Positions 24,636 to 35,680 of a stretch of DNA of 64,000 bases are shown in pieces. The position numbers and the translations under genes are program-made. This stretch comes from Centroscyllium fabricii (Eukaryota). The notes beneath the pieces were generated by a model, which saw only the letters and a program-made list of their open reading frames with translations, was not told where the DNA came from and did no database searches. The first letter of the stretch is position 1, and each line of letters begins with the position of its first letter. The DNA is taken from positions 33,604,001 to 33,668,000 of the forward strand of contig JBNRSN020000007.1 of assembly GCA_051313645.2 (NCBI GenBank), read 5' to 3'.

Positions 24636-25219
24636 ATGAGAGGCGATCTTATTGAAACATATAAGATTATGAGAGGGCTTGATCGGGTGGATGCGGTGAT
24701 GATGTTCCCAATGGTGGGTGAAGCTAGGACTAGGGGGCATAATCTTAAAATAAGGGGCTGCCATTTCAAAACTGAGATGAGGAGAAACTTCTTCACTCAG
24801 AGGGTGGTGGGGCTGTGGAATTTGCTGCCCCAGAGAGCTGTGGAAGCTACTACTTTGAATAAATTTAAAACTGAGATAGACAGTTTCCTGGAATTAAAGG
24901 GAATTAGGGGTTATGGTGAGCGGGCAGGTAAGTGGACGTGAGGCTAGGTTCAGATCGGCCATGTGATCTCCTGGACCAGTTTTCGATCGCCTAGATGGGT
25001 CGGAGAGGAATTTTCCTGATTTTTTTCTCCCAAATTGGCTACTGGGTTTTTTATCTGGTTTTTCGCCTCTCCCGGGTGATCACATGGGTTTGGGCGGGAT
25101 GGAGAGTAAAAATAAAATTGAGGTTAGGATCAGATCGGCCATGATCTTGTTGAATGGCGGAGCAGGCTCGAGGGGCCGATTGGCCGACTCCTGCTCCTAT
25201 TTCTTATGTTCTTATGTTC
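24636..25219 (+). mobile_element. CR1 3' end of the long structured-3'-UTR subfamily (also 50351-50713 +, 54151-54505 -, 63126-63665 -)
   Basis: RGDLIETYKI...NFFTQRVV; ~180-nt extra UTR segment; (ATGTTCTT)n tail. Confidence 0.88.
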
Positions 25220-26170
25220 AAACCTCTTCGCCTCTCTTTCCTCCTTTAAGGCGCTTCTTAAAACCTATCATCTGCCCTGGTATCTCACGTGGCTCGGCGT
25301 CAAATTGTGTTTGAAAACGCTCCTGCCTGGAGACATTTTACTGCGTTAAAAGCATCTATATAAAGGCAAGTTGTTGTTGTAAAGCGTTTGGGATATCCTG
25401 AGGTCGTGAAAAGCGCTATATAAATGCAAGTCTTTCTTTTTTAAATGTGGGTGAGCACCTTGGGAGTAGTGACCATAATTACTGCCCAAATAGAAAGGGA
25501 AAAATGTCAGCACAAAAATGAAGACGCCAGATTGGAAAAGGGCAGATTTCAGAAAGGTAAGTAAGCCAGGTAAAGTGAGGTGAAAAGAGAAATTGACACA
25601 CCCGACTAGAGAACAATACTGGGACTTTTTTTTTATTTTTTTTAAGGAGATTGCAAAGGTGCAGAATAAGTACAAATTAAAAATAAGACTGCAAGTTGCA
25701 GAACACCATGGATAAAAAAAAAAGGTTAGAACCTAACCAAAATTGAAGAGGGGGGCATATGGGGCCGAAAGGTGTGGTAAAAATTATTTCAAGAGAGAAT
25801 AAGAGGTCAAGAAACATAGAAGATAGGAGCAGGAGTAGGCCCTTCGGCCCTGCTCCGCCAGGGATAAGGAAAGCAAAGAGGGAGTAAGAGGTGGCAATTT
25901 CAAAAAATATTAAAAACAGTAAAGTACACTACAAATATCAGTAAAAAGAGAATTGGTAAATGTGAGGGGAGACTGGAGAAGAGGGGATACAACGAGTACT
26001 TCACTTCTGTTGGTACAAAGGAAGACACAGGGGCGGAGGTAAATTGATTGAGTGTGAGGTATTAAGAAGTATAAGGAAAGCATTAGAGAAGTTAGTTAAA
26101 TTAAAGGCGGGCAAAGCGCTGGGACCTGATGGAAATGGGGTAAGAAATAGCAGAGACCCTTGAAATGATA

Positions 26171-26621
26171 CAGGTCCGACACCGTTAATCCGGCACGGTC
26201 AGGACCAGGCCGGTGCCAGATTAGTGAAAACTCCGAACGATTGAAGCTTCGGCGAGCGTATGCACAGACCATTCAAAATGGCCGTCGAAGGCCAGCGGCC
26301 ATTTTGAATGGTCTGCGCATGCGCTCGCCGAAGCATCAATCGTTCGGGACCATTCAAAATGGCCACCGCGAAGCATTTTGAATGGTCTGCGTCTGCGCTC
26401 GCCGAAGCATCAATCGTTCGGGGAGGCCTGGGCATGGGCAGCCAAGCGCGGCGGCCATTTCCCGCCTGCGCAGACCAGTCTGGCAGTCGGGGAGAGGCCC
26501 GCAAGCGCGGCGGCCATTTCGCGCGTGCGCAGACCAGTCGGCTGGATTTGTTCCGGACGACTGAAGTTAGCGGATTACCGGTGTCCGGATTAACGGTGCC
26601 GGATTAACGGTGCTCAGCCTG
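26171..26621 (+). mobile_element. Tigger-like MITE
   Basis: TA|CAGG..caccgttaatccggcac ... gtgccggattaacggtgctcagCCTG|TA. Confidence 0.8.
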
Positions 26622-27228
26622 TATAACAAGCTACCACACAGGAGAAGATTATAGGGTCTGGAATTAGAGAGAGAGAGAATGGGAGAAAGGGGGAACAGAC
26701 AGGAGGTGTTAAGGGCAGTTTCTCAGCGTGGTTGGAGGTAGTTGACGTTATCCCACAGGGTTCCGGGACTCCTCCTGTTCATTGTGTCCATCAATGATTT
26801 CTATATAAGGCTAGAGAGAGTGGTGTCCAGATTTGAAGACAACGGGCTGGATTTTGCAGTAGAATTAAACAGCGAGGCCAGCAGCGCTCACCATTATTCA
26901 CATGGAAATCAAACAGCAACTTCTGACAACCGCACCTGCGCAGTTAAACACGGAAATCAGGAGGTTGCTGACGGAGTTGCCCTGCTCCTCCAGAAGCTGC
27001 ACGACAACAGTATCTCGCCGACAGACTCACCATTCAAATACATTGAACAGCGTGAGGTCCCTGTACTTACCTCAGAAACGGACTAAACTCGCCATAAAAA
27101 GCTTGTCCATTCCAGTGTAAGTACCCTCCTAACTGCGTGATAAGTCTTAAATGCTGCCAAAAACTTCTCCGGCACTGAAAATTAAGTGTTTTAAGTGCGG
27201 AGTTTCATTCCATCAGATATTCATTATT

Positions 27229-27455
27229 ACAACAGAAAACGCTGGAGAAACTCAGCAGGCCAGGCAGCGTCGGTGGAGAGAGAAACAGAGTTGACGTTTC
27301 AGGTTGAAGACCTTTCTTCAGAACGTCTGAAGAAAGGTCATTGACCTGAAACGTTCACTCTGTTTCTCTCTCCACCAACGCTGCCTGGCCTGCTGAGTTT
27401 CTCCAGCGTTTTCTGTTGTTATTTTGGATTTCCAGCATCCGCAGTATTTTGCTAT
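27229..27455. mobile_element. Palindromic Penelope pLTR with back-to-back hammerheads
   Basis: ~94-bp inverted arms; 13-bp TSD gatatt(c/a)attatt at 27216-27228 and 27456-27468. Confidence 0.88.
27288..27324 (-). ncRNA. Minimal hammerhead ribozyme, canonical core, in host pre-mRNA sense
   Basis: GTT CTGAAGA A AGGT-CTTCA-ACCT GAAA CGTC^AAC; a mirror copy lies on the plus strand at 27325-27360. Confidence 0.78.
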
Positions 27456-28087
27456 GATATTAATTATTGTTGGAGATGTAAAAAATATATATATTTTTTA
27501 CTTTTCCTTTGTCTCTTATCTCTCTCTTAATCCCATCTTTCTTTCGCTTTCTGTACCTGATTTGACATTAAATTAAACATTCTAACTGACCTTTCCTGGT
27601 TCAGACTCTGCGCTGCTCATTAACGATTCTTCAATCTGATTGGTTAAGAGGATACACAGTCGCCTGTCCTGTTCACACAGGTTCCAGATGCACTGTGTAG
27701 GGCGCTGCGCTTTTTGGATAGTTGACTGCCAGGAACTTCCAGTGCATAAGCCCATAGAAAGTCTATGGACAAGTGCAAGCGTAATGAATGGACTGCAAAA
27801 TCCAGCCCAATACTAAAATAGGAGGCATAGTAAGTAATTCTCAGGACTAAAAAAAGCTGCAAGGGGATATTGGTAAGATGATGAAATTGGCAAAATAAGT
27901 GGCAGATGAAATTCAATGTCAGTAAATGTGAGGTGGTACATTTTTGTAAGTGATACTTTGAATGGGGGAAAGCTGTGTGATGTTCAACTTTTTCATGCCT
28001 TGAAAATCTCAGGCAACAGTTAAACTGGTTAAGACTACAGACCGGCAAACTCCAAGGTTTGATCACCAGTCTATGTTGAGTTAGCTG

Positions 28088-28362
28088 ATAAGAACATAAG
28101 AAATAGGAGCAGGAGTCGGCCATTCGGGCCCTTCGAGCCTGCTCCGCCATTCAATGAGATCATGGCTGATCTTCTGCCTCGACTCCATTCACCGGCCCTA
28201 TCGCCGTATCCCTTGACGCCCTTACTAGTCAGAAATCTATCGACTTCTGTTTTGAATATACCCAATGACTGAGATTCCACAGCCCTCTGGGGCAGAGAAT
28301 TCCAAATATTCACCACCCTGTGTGTGAAGAAATTTCTTCTCATCTCAGCCCTGAATAGCCTA
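28088..28362 (-). mobile_element. CR1 3' end (short-UTR type)
   Basis: ORF 28071-28343 RRNFFTHRVVNIWNSLPQ; tail (cttatgtt)n. Confidence 0.82.
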
Positions 28363-28564
28363 ATAGGAATAAGCCTGGTTGCCTGATGTTAACCAGGCAG
28401 CAGTAAGACTACCAGGTAAGGAAGGGTAACTGTGGCCATGGCTCCAGCTCCTGATCACGATCCAGTAGCCTCTGCGTGTCAGGTGAGGACAAGATTGAGC
28501 TCAGGATACGCCATAATGAATCAAATGTCCGGTCAAGGCGGACAATAATGGCCACTTGAGATGA

Positions 28565-28963
28565 GCGGCACAGAAGCATAGTGGTTAGCACTGTTGCCTT
28601 ACAGCACTAGAGACCCAGGTTCAAATCCAGCCTCGGGTACTATCTGTGTGGAGTTTGCACATTCTCCCCGTGTCTGCGTGGGTTTCCTCCGGGTGCTCCG
28701 GTTTCCTCCCACAGTCCAAAGATTTGCGGGTTAGGTTGATTGGCCAGGATAAATTGACCCTAAGTGTTAGGGGGATTGAATATGTGGGGTTACGGGGATA
28801 GGGTGGGATATGTGCCGGTGCAGGCTCGATAGGGATCGAGGGATATGGGGACAAGGCAGGGATGGGGTACTGGGTTTGGATGATCAGCCATGATCTCATT
28901 GAATGGTGGAGCAGGCTCGAAGGGCCGAATGGCCTACTCCTGCTCCTATCTTCTATGTTTCTA
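28565..28963 (+). mobile_element. HE1 SINE inserted in an LmeSINE-like element
   Basis: Same sequence as 4791-5196. Flanks aatggccacttg and ccttt.aggagagga..agaaaattgg are shared with ~50715-50910 and ~57365-59580. Confidence 0.88.
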
Positions 28964-29956
28964 TGAGGCACCAGAGGACAACTGCTGCCAGTTGAGCTGT
29001 ATACCTGCAAGGAGTCAAAGCCTTTAGGAGAGGACACGGAAGAAAATTGGCAGAAAAAGGGGGAGAAAAAACATTAAACTCAGATTTTAAAAAATATTAA
29101 CAAAACAGAAGTATCATCTGACCTCTTCGCAACAACTTTTAAGCTATATTTGATGTCCAAATGCCTCAAGTGCAAATTCACATTCAAATAACACAACAAT
29201 AATTGGTATGGCTCCCAGTACAGAACATTTCAAAGTTGTACGTGCATCAGTATTACACAGACATGGTTAATGTGTGTGACTTGTCAGCACAAATTATTCA
29301 ATGGAGAAATTAAGGCATTTCATGACGTGGGGTAGATTCCATTAAGACACCACTGTCTGGCACCAGATGTAACGGGACGTTAAATAGCCCATTGGGTGAC
29401 CTTTCTGGGAATAACGCAATATTTCTTCGTGTCGGACATTTTTGTTTTAAAGTAAAACCACAGCTGTACTACAAAGAGTGCTATTCAATCAGCTGATGCA
29501 CTGCAAGCAAATGCTGACAAGTCTCTTTAATTTTAATCAAATTCTTGGCATAGCTTTAAAACAAATGTCACCTCAGCAGTTCCAAATATTATTTTTTTTT
29601 GAGGACAAGAAAAAACTGGGTTGAGCCTCGCAAAATCAGGAATCTGATTAAAATATACAAAGACTGACTCGATTTGCTGTGAGCCGATATTTCCCACGCC
29701 CGTTGGTTAGAGGGACACTTTAGTTTGCCACAGCTAAAAGGAAAGAACAAACTAAACAATAATGAGACTTCATGGATGAATAAAGCCATAAGGGAACAAT
29801 TGAGGGTAAGGAAAGAGGCATACATTAAATACATAGACAGCAGGCGAGTGCATGATAAGGGAGAATACGAAAAGATTAGGCGAGAAGCCAAAAAAGTAAT
29901 TAGGGAGGCAAAGAGGAATTGTGAAATTAAATTATCAAGGAACATAAAACAAAATA

Positions 29957-31103
29957 CAGGTTGAAGTTTGTTAATCCGGCACCCGAAAAACCGGCAACTT
30001 CGAACGTCCGGCAATAATTTGCCCAACTGCCCCGCGCATGCGCAAAATGGGCACCGCGATCGATGCTTCGCCGAATGATCTGTGCATGCGCCACCGAACG
30101 GCGAGCGCATGCGCAGATCATTCACAATGGCCGAGCCGACCCCGAGCAGAGCCTGGCCGCTGCGAGCTTCCCCGAGCCTGGCCGCTGCGAGCTTCCCCGA
30201 GCCTGGCCGCTGCGAGCTTCCCCGAGCCTGGCCGCTGCGAGCTTCCCCGAGCCTGGCCGCTGCGAGCTTCCCCGAGCCTGGCCGCTGCGAGCCTGCCGAG
30301 CTTGGCCGCTGCGAGCTTCCCCGAGCCTGGCCGCTGCGAGTTTCCCCGAGCCTGGCCGCTGCGAGCTTCCCCGAGCCTGGCCGCTGCGAGCTTCCCCGAG
30401 CCTGGCCGCTGCGAGCTTCCCCGAGCCTGGCCGCTGCGAGCTTCCCCGAGCCTGGCCGCTGCGAGCTTCCCCGAGCCTGGCCGCTGCGAGCTTCCCCGAG
30501 CCTGGCCGCTGCGAGCTTCCCCGAGCCTGGCCGCTGCGAGCTTCCCCGAGCCTGGCCGCTGCGAGCTTCCCCGAGCCTGGCCGCTGCGAGCTTCCCCGAG
30601 CCTGGCCGCTGCGAGCTTCCCCGAGCCTGGCCGCTGCGAGCTTCCCCGAGCCGGGCCGCTGCGAGTTTCCCCGAGCCTGGCCGCTGCGAGCTTCCCCGAG
30701 CCTGGCCGCTGCGAGCTTCCCCGAGCCTGGCCGCTGCGAGCTTCCCCGAGCCTGGCCGCTGCGAGCTTCCCCGAGCCTGGCCGCTGCGAGCTTCCCCGAG
30801 CCTGGCCGCTGCGAGTTTCCCCGAGCCTGGCCGCTGCGAGCTTCCCCGAGCCTGGCCGCTGCGAGCTTCCCCGAGCCTGGCCGCTGCGAGCTTCCCCGAG
30901 CCTGGGCGCTGCGAGCTTCCCCGAGCCGGGTCTCCCCGAACGATCAGCGCATGCGCAGACCACTGAAAATGGCTGCCGGCCTTTTGCGGCGGCCATTTTG
31001 AAAGGTCTGCGCATGCGCTCGCTGAAACTTCAATCGTTCGGGATTTTCACTTGTCCGGTACGGGCCTGGTCCCGCCCGTGCCGGATTAACGAACTTCAAC
31101 CTG
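29957..31103 (-). mobile_element. Tigger-like MITE carrying an expanded minisatellite
   Basis: TA|CAGGTTGAAGTT.GTTAATCCGGCAC ... GTGCCGGATTAACGAACTTCAACCTG|TA. Confidence 0.87.
30148..30927 (+). repeat. Minisatellite, 25-bp unit, ~31 copies
   Basis: (gagcctggccgctgcgagcttcccc)n, nearly invariant. Confidence 0.97.
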
Positions 31104-32149
31104 TAGTAAAATATTTTATAGGCACATCAATAAAAAAAAAGTACGTTTGGGATGGGAATAGGGCCATCAAGGGGTAGACAGGACAATGCAACAGGTAATG
31201 ATAGAGAGACGGCAGAAATATTAAATAATTATTTTACTTCATTATTTATCAGGGAGATAGAACAAGTGGATAGAACAAGTGGACATGACATTGGATGATG
31301 AGATTAGTAATGAGATGAATGCATTAAAATTTTTAAAAAAGGGGATATGTTAAATAAACTAATCAAACGCAAGATAAAACCCCTGGTCCGGATGGATTGC
31401 ATCCACGCATTTTAAAAGAATCTAGGGAAGAGGCACTGCTACACATATTTAATAATTCGTTAAAAAAAGGTGTGGTGCCAGAGGACTGGCGGATAGCTAA
31501 CGTAATACCGATATTTAAGGGGGATAGAACATGTCCAGGGAATCAGAGACCAGTCAGCTTAACATCGGTGGTAGGGAAAAATAATGGAATCCCCATTAAA
31601 GGAGAAAATAGAAGAACATCTAGAAACCAAAAACACAATAATGATTAGTCAGCATGGATTTCAAAAGGAAAAGTCTTGCTTGACCAACCTCATTAAATTT
31701 TTTGAAGAGGTAACAGAGAGAGTACACAATGCTAATGCAGCAGATGTAATTTATCTAGATTTTCAAAAGGTCTTCGATAAGGTACCCCATAATAGACTGA
31801 TGAACAAGGTCAGAGAATGCAGAGTCAGGGGACAAGTTGCAGAATGGATTGCTGGCTTCACGACAGAGAGCAGAGAGTGGGAGTAAAGGGCAGCTATTCA
31901 CAGTGGCAGAAGGTGGGTCGTGGTGTTCCACACGGTGTTGGGATCACTGCTGTTCACAATTTACATTAATAATTTAGACTTTGGAATCAAAAACACAATT
32001 TCTAAATTTGCAGATGACACCAAATGTGCAGGGGGGGGGGGGGGGGGGTGTACAGTCAATACTGTGGAGGACTGCAGCAAATTACAGGAAGACATTAATA
32101 AACTTAAAAGAATGGGCAAATAAAGTTCAACACAGAAAAATGTGGGGTA

Positions 32150-32680
32150 CAGGTTGTGCACCGGAAATCTGGCACGGGCGGGACCAGGCCCGTGCCGGGA
32201 AAGTGAAAGAAACGGCAGAATGAAGTCGGTCAGTGCGCATGCACGCACCATGCAAAATGGCCGCGCGCACGCGCACAACATTGGAAATGGCCGCCAAACG
32301 TCTTTGTGGAGTCTCAGCTGACGGCCAGCAGGCTGCTCCGGGAAACGCGCGCTTCACCTTGGCGGGCGCTCGGGACTTGCACATTCAAAACGCGGCGCGA
32401 GCCGCCGCGCCCTGACGCCACGGAAGTCCCGGCGGCAGTTTTGAATGATCTGCGCATGCGCTAGCCGTCCGGCGACGCATGCGCAGATCATTCAAAACAC
32501 CCGGCAGCCGTTTTGAATGATCTGCGCATGCGCTCGCCGTTGGGCGGCGCATGCGCAGATCATTCGCCAAAGCCGCAATCGCGGCTGCCATCTTGCACAT
32601 GCGCAGTGCAGTCGGGGCAATTTGTTCCAGCAGACTGAAGCTGCCGGCGTTTCGGGTCACGGATTTTCGGTGCACAACCT
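32150..32680 (+). mobile_element. Tigger-like MITE
   Basis: TA|CAGGTTGTGCACCG...CGGTGCACAACCT|TA; internal hairpins of gaatgatctgcgcatgcg. Confidence 0.82.
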
Positions 32681-33120
32681 TACATTTTGGTAGGAAGAAT
32701 AGGGAGGTCACCCATCACTTGGAGGGTGGGAGTCTGGGTGGGATAGAGGAACAAAGGGATCGCGGAGTACAAATACACAAATCACTAAAGGTTGCGACAT
32801 AGGTTAGCAAGGCCATAAAAAAAGTAAACCAAGCACTAGGGTTTATTTCTAGAGTGATAGAATTGAAAAGTAGGGAAGTTGTGCTAAACCAGTATCGAAC
32901 CTTAGAGCACTGCGTACAGTTCTGGTCACCATATTATAAAAAGGATAGAGAGGCACTGGAGAGAAGATTTACAAGGATGATACCAGAAATGCGAGGATAT
33001 ACATATCAGGAAAGTGTGAACAGGCTGGGTCTCTTTTCTCTTGAAAAAAGATGGGAGATGTAACCTAATAGAGGTCTTTAAAATTATGAAAAATTTTGAT
33101 AGAGTGGATACAGAGAGTAT

Positions 33121-33874
33121 GGGGGGGAATTTCATGTCCCTGTGAGGCGGGGTTTTTGGCGGCCCGTCCGACAAAATAGCGGAACCGGCGGTTCCCGCCC
33201 CCCCCTCGCTTTCTCATTTTCCCCCGCCCAGATTCCCCGTCCCGAAACCATCCCGCCGCCGACCGGCGGGGATGGGTTGTCACCTCGTTAAGGGCCCTTA
33301 ATTGGCATCTTTAATGCCATTTTAAGGGCCCTCAGCCATTTTGCCGTGTTTCTCGCCCTAACCCCGTCACCTTAAACCCTGCACAGCGCTGGTTATAACT
33401 TTCTCCTTCAGGGTGTGAAGGACATGCTGCCAAATGCTTGGCATGCCTCCAGCACCTTAGAGGAGTAAGTAACTAGGCTGTGGCTGCAGCAGCTGTGAGC
33501 AGAAACTGAGAAATCTCAGTTCTGCACATTACCTCACAGCCGCTGCGAAGTGTCAAGAATTCTGAGCCCGCCCGCCCACCTGTCAGTCACTAGCATTTGA
33601 CCGTTCCCATTGGTTCCACTCCACTGTGATGTCACAGTGGAGTGTTTCCATGGGAACGGTCAACAACCAGTGCTGGAACTGTCAATCAAACTCCTCGCAG
33701 CCCCGATGCAGCCTGACTCGATTGACCTAATTATCTCCCGCTGCCGCCGGCGTGGATTTAACAACCTAATTAAACTAAAATTGCGTGGCCTTCCCAGCTG
33801 TTTGGGCGGGCGGGGCCGGAGGCAGCCCAGACCAATCCCCGCCAGGTTCCCGTCCTTCCGGCGAAATCCCCCCC
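33121..33874 (+). mobile_element. MITE with G-rich TIRs; relatives at 51251-52050 and 62936-64000 (inverted)
   Basis: gggggggaatttc / gaaatccccccc with TAT and AAT flanks; shared core cactgtgatgtcacagtg..tttccatgg. Confidence 0.75.
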
Positions 33875-34771
33875 AATGTGTCCACTTGTGGGGAAGAGCA
33901 TAACTAGAGGCCATCAATATAAGATAGTCACCAAGAAATCCAATAGGGAATTCAGAAGAAACTTCTTTACCCAGAGAGTGGCGAGAATGTGGAACTCGCT
34001 ACCACAGGGAGTGGTTGAAGCGAAAAGCATCGATGCATTTAAGGGGAGGCTGGACAAGCCTATGAGGGAGAACGGAATCGAGGGTGACGCTGATAGAGTT
34101 AGTTGATGAGGAAAGACGGGAGGAGGCTCGAGTGGAGCATAAACGCTGGCATGGACTGGTTGGGCCGAATGGCCTGTTTCTGTGCCGTATATCCGGTGTA
34201 ATCCTAGACTGCACATTCACCAGTCCAGAACGTTAAAAAAATCTATTTTCAACTCCAAGAGCACAGATGTTGGATGAACATAGTCCCAGGAGATACAAAC
34301 CAGATTGCTGAAACTGCATGCTGTTCTGTTTTTCTTGTATCCTGTTCTCTATTCGTTTTTAAACAGACTCTTAGGATGCATTTATTTGTAACTTTAAAAA
34401 AACATGTGAAAGGAGGTGAGCCATTTCTCTCCAGCGTCTACCACTAAAACCGAATGAAATTATTTACAATCATCTGCAGCCAACTAAGAACACACTGCTT
34501 CCAGCTGAAATGAACAGAAGGCAGTCTCTCCAATACTGGTATGGCAATTTCACTGGTCCTTTAAAGATGCATCGTACACAGCAAGAACCATTGAGCAACA
34601 CCTATTGCGCTTTAGAGTCCAATTTTAAACCGTCACAAAGTGAGTATACGACAACTTTGCTAAACATAAGACACGTTTTCTCCTGCATGCTTCCTTTAAG
34701 ACAGTTTGATTTTTTGATATTTGGACAGTGGCTATCCTAGCGTTCAGATTGCACTGCTGCTTTTGACATTA

Positions 34772-34840
34772 AAGCCCCGCTTTCACTGAGGGCTACGAAT
34801 ATCCCGAATCGTCCCGAATCGAAATTCGTGGCGATTCCTT
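34772..34840 (+). mobile_element. Terminal fragment of the ACGAAT-rich Harbinger family
   Basis: TAA|AGCCCCGCTTTCACTG..GCTACGAAT..CCGAATCGTCCCGAATC matches the element ends at 57606 and 58318. Confidence 0.75.
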
Positions 34841-35379
34841 TAAGCCCTCCCTCCAAATTTAGGTTCAATATTTTGTGGCACAATGCTGGCTGTACTGAAA
34901 CTGTGCCCCGAATATTTACAACGAGGCCAGGGGGGGTTGTATTGGCCGGGAAATACGGGTAATGCAGAGGTACTGCCACACCATTTGAATTATTTGCCTC
35001 CGTTTCCCGGCTGTGCAGCCAACCCAGCTGTCGGACGGAAAATCGTACGCTGGAAGGCCACAGCTGTGGAGCGACGGGGTGGATCACTGGTTGTGGGGCT
35101 TCCGATCATGGGGAGGGAGGCCGATCGTGGGGAGGGGGTCAGGTTAGCTTGGGTAGCTCGCTGGTAGGGTGCGCTTCTGCTCCTCCCTGTCCCACAAGTA
35201 GTGCTGGAAAGACACTTAACCTGCTGGCTCCTAAAATCTGAGGCAAGCAGCCACACTAAAATTTAAATAACTGGCCCCACCTCTCGAGAGCAAGTTAGCC
35301 GCTTGCCCTCCAACCGGTCTCTGTTACAACCGTGACCGGTTGGGCGTGACAGGTTGGGCGGTTAAGATCCAAGCCCACC

Positions 35380-35680
35380 CCACATTCTCCCCGTGTCTGC
35401 GTGGGTTTCCTCCGGGTGCTCCGGTTTCCTCCCACAGTCCAAAGGGTTAGGTTGATTGGCCAGGATAAATTGACCCTTAGTGTTAGGGGGATTGAATATG
35501 TGGGGTTACGGGGATAGGGTGGGATATGTGTCGGTGTAGGCTCGATAGGGATCGAGGGATATGGGGCGAGGGCAGGGGCAGGGTGCTGGATTTGGATGAT
35601 CAGCCATGATCTCATTGAATGGCAGAGCAGGCTCGAAGGGCCGAATGGCCTACTCCTGCTCCTATCTTCTGTGCTTCTAC
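35380..35680 (+). mobile_element. HE1 SINE, 5'-truncated
   Basis: V domain plus CR1-derived tail. Confidence 0.87.

Larger units (their letters stand above)
22885..25442 (+). mobile_element. Deu-domain SINE (SacSINE1/AmnSINE1-like) split by nested elements
   Basis: Pieces at 22885-23076, 24272-24411 (gtgggagcttgctgtgcacaaattggctgccg) and tail 25378-25442 (ctgaggtcgtgaaaagcgctatataaatgcaagtctttc). Confidence 0.75.
26844..27808. mobile_element. MITE with perfect 17-bp TIR, inserted in an old CR1 RT
   Basis: GGGCTGGATTTTGCAGT / ACTGCAAAATCCAGCCC, flanked by AAC and AAT. Confidence 0.8.
29720..34205 (+). mobile_element. Degenerate CR1 LINE with three nested MITEs
   Basis: ORF fragments HPRILKE, PEDWRIANVIP, QHGF, DFQKVFD, KFADD, CVQFWSP and NFFTQRV, then a CR1 tail. 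Confidence 0.86.

Noticed and set aside
30038-31177. Several 290-380 aa ORFs
   Set aside because: Translations of a stop-free 25-bp minisatellite inside a MITE; no splice or homology support.
34367-34415. Possible 49-nt plus-strand (antisense) exon with pyrimidine tract-AG and GTGAG
   Set aside because: No partner exon or recognisable peptide; such sites occur by chance in 64 kb.
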